DNA of 27,841 nucleotides, taken from an uncultured Dehalococcoidales bacterium. GTDB taxonomy: Bacteria; Chloroflexota; Dehalococcoidia; Dehalococcoidales; BS750m-G39. Positions 26,196 to 27,841 of this stretch are shown piece by piece. The stretch covers positions 6,119 through 33,959 of the forward strand of contig CAZRIU010000001.1 of the NCBI GenBank assembly GCA_964600245.1. The letters run 5' to 3'. Every line of letters starts with the position of its first letter. Position 1 is the stretch's first letter. The translations under genes were made by a program, and so were the position numbers. A model generated the notes under the pieces. That model searched no databases. It was not told the DNA's origin and saw only the letters and a list, made by a program, of their open reading frames with translations.

Positions 26196-27841
26196 GTTTT
26201 CGCTGGCTGGTCGCACGGGGCGAAGTCAACTATGTTAAGCCTGAGCCTCTCCTTACCCCCCCAACTATCTATCTCCAGGTTATAGACGATATCGAGTTGA
26301 GGGGATATCTCCGCTAGGTAACTACCCAGCCGGAAGCCCACCCCATCCCAGACGGTGCCACCCTGCTTCAGTTTTAGTCTCAGGTGCTCAGCGCCGTTGC
26401 CCATAGTGCGGCGGTCGACTACATCTGTGCGGTGGCTGAGGAAGGTGGGTGAAGGGTTACCCCGGCCGAAGGGGGCTAGCTGTTGAATGTTATTGAAGGT
26501 GTCACCGCTCAAGTCGGGCAGTTTTACCTCGGCATCAATATCCAGCTGGGGACGGAGGTCAACGTCGGCAAGCTGTTCGGCGGCCAGTCGGGCGAGGTAT
26601 TCCTGGAGTTGGGGCAGGTTCTTGGTGGGCAGGGTGAAACCAGCCGCCTGGGAATGACCGCCGAAATGGGAGAAAAGCTCGCGGCACCCGGTCAGCGCCT
26701 TTATGATGTTGAACTCAGGGATGCTGCGTCCGCTGCCGCTGCTTACTGTCTCACCAGTGCGAACGACGATAGCCGGGCGGTAGAACTCCTCAGCCAGCCT
26801 GCCGGCTATCAGCCCGGCGATGCCGAGGGGGTAGTCCTTATCGGCGGCGACCAGCAGGGGGGTAATACCCTGGGCCACTACTTGCTCTCTGGCTATGGCC
26901 AAGACCTTGGTGGTTAGCTTCTGACGCTCGGTATTTTTCTCCTCCAGCCAGATGGCCAGGTCGCGCGCCTCCTGGGGCGATTCCGTCATCAGTAATTTAT
27001 AGCTGGTCATGGCGTGCGCCAGCCTGCCGGCAGCATTCAGGCGTGGGGCGATAGCCCAGGATATGCTCTCGGCGCTGATGCTGCCCGGGGTCAGGCCTGC
27101 CTGGGATATAATCTCCCTGAGCCCGAGGCGGGGGGTGGTGTTTATCAGCTTCAGCCCCTCTTTAACCAGGTAGCGGTTCTCTCCAGATAGAGGCGCCATA
27201 TCGGCCACCGTGCCCAGCGCGGCCAGGTCCATCAGTTCTTCCAGCTGCCCTTCTTTGCCCAGATTCAGGAAGAGGGCCTGAAGCAGCTTGAGGGCAACGC
27301 CAGCACCCGTCAGCTCGGAGAAGGCGTAGCTGGAATCAGCCCGCTTGGGATTGATGGTGGCCACGGCGGGCGGCATTTCGGGCAGGGGGGAGTGGTGGTC
27401 GGTGATGACTATATCCAGCCCCAGCTGGTTGGCCCGCTTGACCTCGGGCAGGGCGGTAATGCCGCAGTCAACGGTGATGACCAGGCTTATTCCCTGCTTG
27501 TGGAGGTTCTCCAAGGCGGTTATATTGAGCCCGTAGCCCTCGGTGAGGCGGTGGGGGATGTAGGGGACAGCTTTGCCCCCCAGCCCGGTCAGCCCGTGAA
27601 CGAGTATGGCCGTGCCAGTGATACCGTCGGCGTCAAAGTCGCCGTAGATGGCGATACTCTCCCCCGAAAGTAGTGCCCGGTAAATTCTAGCTACCGCTGG
27701 CTCGATGTCGGGGAGCTGGGAGGGGTCACCGGCCAGGCGCTTGTCGCCGCTTAAGAAAGGCTCTTGCTGGCTAGCTTCGCTGATACCGCGATTGTAGAGC
27801 AGTTGGGCGATTAAAGGGGAGAGGCCGCTGGTAGCCGCCAG
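26192..27841 (-). CDS. recJ: Single-stranded-DNA exonuclease RecJ, 5'-partial
   Basis: Read by hand, the frame continues upstream of the track's 27514 to the window edge (SPLIAQLLYNRG...IYGDFDADGITGT...PHRLTEGYGL). Also ITVDCG, ITDHH, LGTVADM, APRLNAAGR, GSGRS, FGGHSQAAG. Confidence 0.97.
   Translation of the reverse strand: MAATSGLSPLIAQLLYNRGISEASQQEPFLSGDKRLAGDPSQLPDIEPAVARIYRALLSGESIAIYGDFDADGITGTAILVHGLTGLGGKAVPYIPHRLTEGYGLNITALENLHKQGISLVITVDCGITALPEVKRANQLGLDIVITDHHSPLPEMPPAVATINPKRADSSYAFSELTGAGVALKLLQALFLNLGKEGQLEELMDLAALGTVADMAPLSGENRYLVKEGLKLINTTPRLGLREIISQAGLTPGSISAESISWAIAPRLNAAGRLAHAMTSYKLLMTESPQEARDLAIWLEEKNTERQKLTTKVLAIAREQVVAQGITPLLVAADKDYPLGIAGLIAGRLAEEFYRPAIVVRTGETVSSGSGRSIPEFNIIKALTGCRELFSHFGGHSQAAGFTLPTKNLPQLQEYLARLAAEQLADVDLRPQLDIDAEVKLPDLSGDTFNNIQQLAPFGRGNPSPTFLSHRTDVVDRRTMGNGAEHLRLKLKQGGTVWDGVGFRLGSYLAEISPQLDIVYNLEIDSWGGKERLRLNIVDFAPCDQPAKT

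Noticed and set aside
26192-27514. Apparent N-terminally truncated RecJ (440 aa in the track)
   Set aside because: The frame continues to the window edge and includes motif I (YGDFDADG); it is only an edge effect.

Overview
A core-genome region of a ~55-60% GC bacterium. Gene order and protein style suggest class Dehalococcoidia (Chloroflexota); this is an inference from remembered synteny, not a search. Left to right: partial rplI (long Lys/Ala/Glu tail), trxA, plsX, a stand-alone acyl-CoA-dehydratase-type activase and an M20 amidohydrolase (all minus strand); nusA-ylxR-infB-rbfA-truB without rimP; a 46-aa Cys4 basic microprotein missed by the ORF track; an inositol-lipid cluster (ino1, PimA-like GT4, PIP-synthase-like CDP-alcohol phosphotransferase); purA and a GNAT; then minus-strand rpsO-pnp-dapB-asd-dapA and a lower-GC SnoaL/ester cyclase; plus-strand double zinc-ribbon protein, DUF503, MrfA/YprA-like DUF1998 helicase, ftsY, lgt; and minus-strand partial recJ, a second double zinc-ribbon protein, rpsU and an RRM protein. 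I see no rRNA, tRNA, CRISPR or mobile element. Best leads: (1) a possible unusual membrane-lipid system, i.e. a split PlsA/Ger-like activase upstream of plsX plus Actinobacteria-like phosphatidylinositol-mannoside genes; (2) a possible cold-shock-like RNA-chaperone module built from zinc-ribbon proteins, bS21 and an RRM protein, whose two zinc-ribbon paralogs share a promoter motif and have structured leaders.
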